Below, in pieces: positions 30,889 to 32,000 of a stretch of 32,000 nt of DNA. The position numbers and the translations under genes were made by a program. The DNA is from Mycolicibacterium smegmatis (lineage in GTDB: Bacteria; Actinomycetota; Actinomycetes; Mycobacteriales; Mycobacteriaceae). A model generated the notes under the pieces. That model worked only from the letters and a program-made list of their open reading frames with translations. It was not told the DNA's origin and searched no databases. Positions within the stretch are counted from its first letter, which is position 1; every line of letters begins with the position of its first letter. The stretch spans positions 2,520,001 to 2,552,000 of the forward strand of contig NZ_LN831039.1 in NCBI RefSeq assembly GCF_001457595.1, written 5' to 3'.

Positions 30889-32000
30889 ATGTCTGCACGG
30901 CGGCTCGACGCCTCCGCCCTGCGGGATTGGGCACACACCGCGGTGGGGGACCTGATCACGCACACCGACGAGATCAACCGGCTCAACGTCTTCCCGGTCG
31001 CCGACGCCGACACGGGCACCAACATGCTGTTCACGATGCGCTCGGCGTGGGCTCACGCCGACGCCCAGTCCGGCGGTGACGTCGCGCAGGTCGCGAGCGC
31101 GCTGGCCGCGGGCGCACTGCAGGGCGCCCGCGGCAACTCCGGGGTGATCCTGTCGCAAATCCTGTTGGGCCTCGCCGAGGTCATCACGTCGGCCGCGGCC
31201 GACCGCGGCGGCGATCTCCTCGACGTCGACGGGCCGCTGTTCGGCGCGGCGTTGCGTCACGGTGTGGCGCTGGTCGCGGTGTCGATGGGCGACCCGGTGC
31301 CCGGGACGATCGTCACGGTGCTGCAGGCCGCGGCTGATGCCGCCGAGAAATGCGTGGTGGGTGGCGCCGATCTCGCCGAGGTCGCCGCGTCGGCGGCCGA
31401 CGCCGCCGCGACCGCGCTCGAACGCACACCGCAACAGCTCGACGTGCTGGCCGAGGCCGGTGTCGTCGACTCGGGCGGCCGTGGGCTGCTGGTGCTGCTC
31501 GACGCGATGACCGCGACCATCACCGGCCACGCGCCGCGCCGCCCGGCCTACACGCCCGCGCCGCCGCGGGCGACGGCGTCTTCTTCGGTGTCCGCCCGGG
31601 CCGGGGTACCGGCCGACGATGTCGCCCCGACCCAGGTGCCGCAGTTCGAGGTCATGTACCTGCTGAGCGGATGTGCGCCCGAGGCGGTCGAGCACCTTCG
31701 TGCGGGGCTGGAGCAGATCGGCGAGTCGGTCGCGATCGCCACCTCGGGCGGCGGTCGGTACTCGGTGCACGTGCATGTCGACGACGCGGGCGCCGCCGTC
31801 GAGGCGGGTCTGGCGGTCGGCACTCTCAACCGCATCCAGATCACCGCGCTCACCGGATCCGGCGGTTCGCGGCCGTCCGGCGGGTGGGAACGTGAGCGCG
31901 CCGTGCTGGCGGTCGTCGACGGCGACGGCGGGGCCGAGTTGTTCGCCGGTGAGGGCGCGCACGTGCTGCGACCCGAGGCCGACGAACCTGTCAGCGCAAA
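30889..32000 (+). CDS. DAK2-domain protein (FakA/DhaL-like fatty acid kinase family), partial at right edge
   Basis: From ATG 30889 with SD GGAGG: MSARRLDASALRDWAHTAVGDLITHTDEINRLNVFPVADADTGTNMLFTM...GARGNSGVILSQILLG...VVDSGGRGLLVLLDAM. Open to window end. Confidence 0.9.
   Translation, partial: MSARRLDASALRDWAHTAVGDLITHTDEINRLNVFPVADADTGTNMLFTMRSAWAHADAQSGGDVAQVASALAAGALQGARGNSGVILSQILLGLAEVITSAAADRGGDLLDVDGPLFGAALRHGVALVAVSMGDPVPGTIVTVLQAAADAAEKCVVGGADLAEVAASAADAAATALERTPQQLDVLAEAGVVDSGGRGLLVLLDAMTATITGHAPRRPAYTPAPPRATASSSVSARAGVPADDVAPTQVPQFEVMYLLSGCAPEAVEHLRAGLEQIGESVAIATSGGGRYSVHVHVDDAGAAVEAGLAVGTLNRIQITALTGSGGSRPSGGWERERAVLAVVDGDGGAELFAGEGAHVLRPEADEPVSA

Noticed and set aside
30673-31962. 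429 aa reverse ORF opposite the DAK2-domain gene
   Set aside because: Shadow frame; sense strand has clear SD, start and family motifs.

Overview
GC-rich actinobacterial chromosome. Gene content and order match the mycobacterial ilvBNC-serA-leuB-gltX-leuCD-hupB-ppk-gpsA-ddlA-thiL-ung core region, and protein features suggest a fast-growing mycobacterium such as M. smegmatis (inference, no database search run). The window is almost entirely coding: branched-chain amino acid biosynthesis (ilvB, ilvN, ilvC, leuB, leuC, leuD), serA, gltX next to tRNA-Gln(CUG) and tRNA-Glu(CUC), an IclR-type regulator, hupB, mutT1, ppk, fbiD/cofC, gpsA, a PLP-dependent lyase, ddlA, thiL, ung, rpmB and a DAK2-domain protein. 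I saw no prophage, IS element, CRISPR, toxin-antitoxin or defence island, and I do not claim a new multi-gene system. The best second-look signals are small or non-coding: (1) a branched-chain leader peptide plus attenuator upstream of ilvB; (2) two exact 32-bp tandem units between ilvB and ilvN, each a 10-codon minigene chained by TGATG overlaps; (3) mutually exclusive hairpins in the hupB 5' region, one ending beside the Shine-Dalgarno; (4) repeated TANNNT -10 motifs 6-8 nt before start codons, suggesting leaderless transcripts; (5) a palindrome in the IclR/leuC divergent region; (6) perfect tandem repeats in the hupB tail and downstream of leuB.
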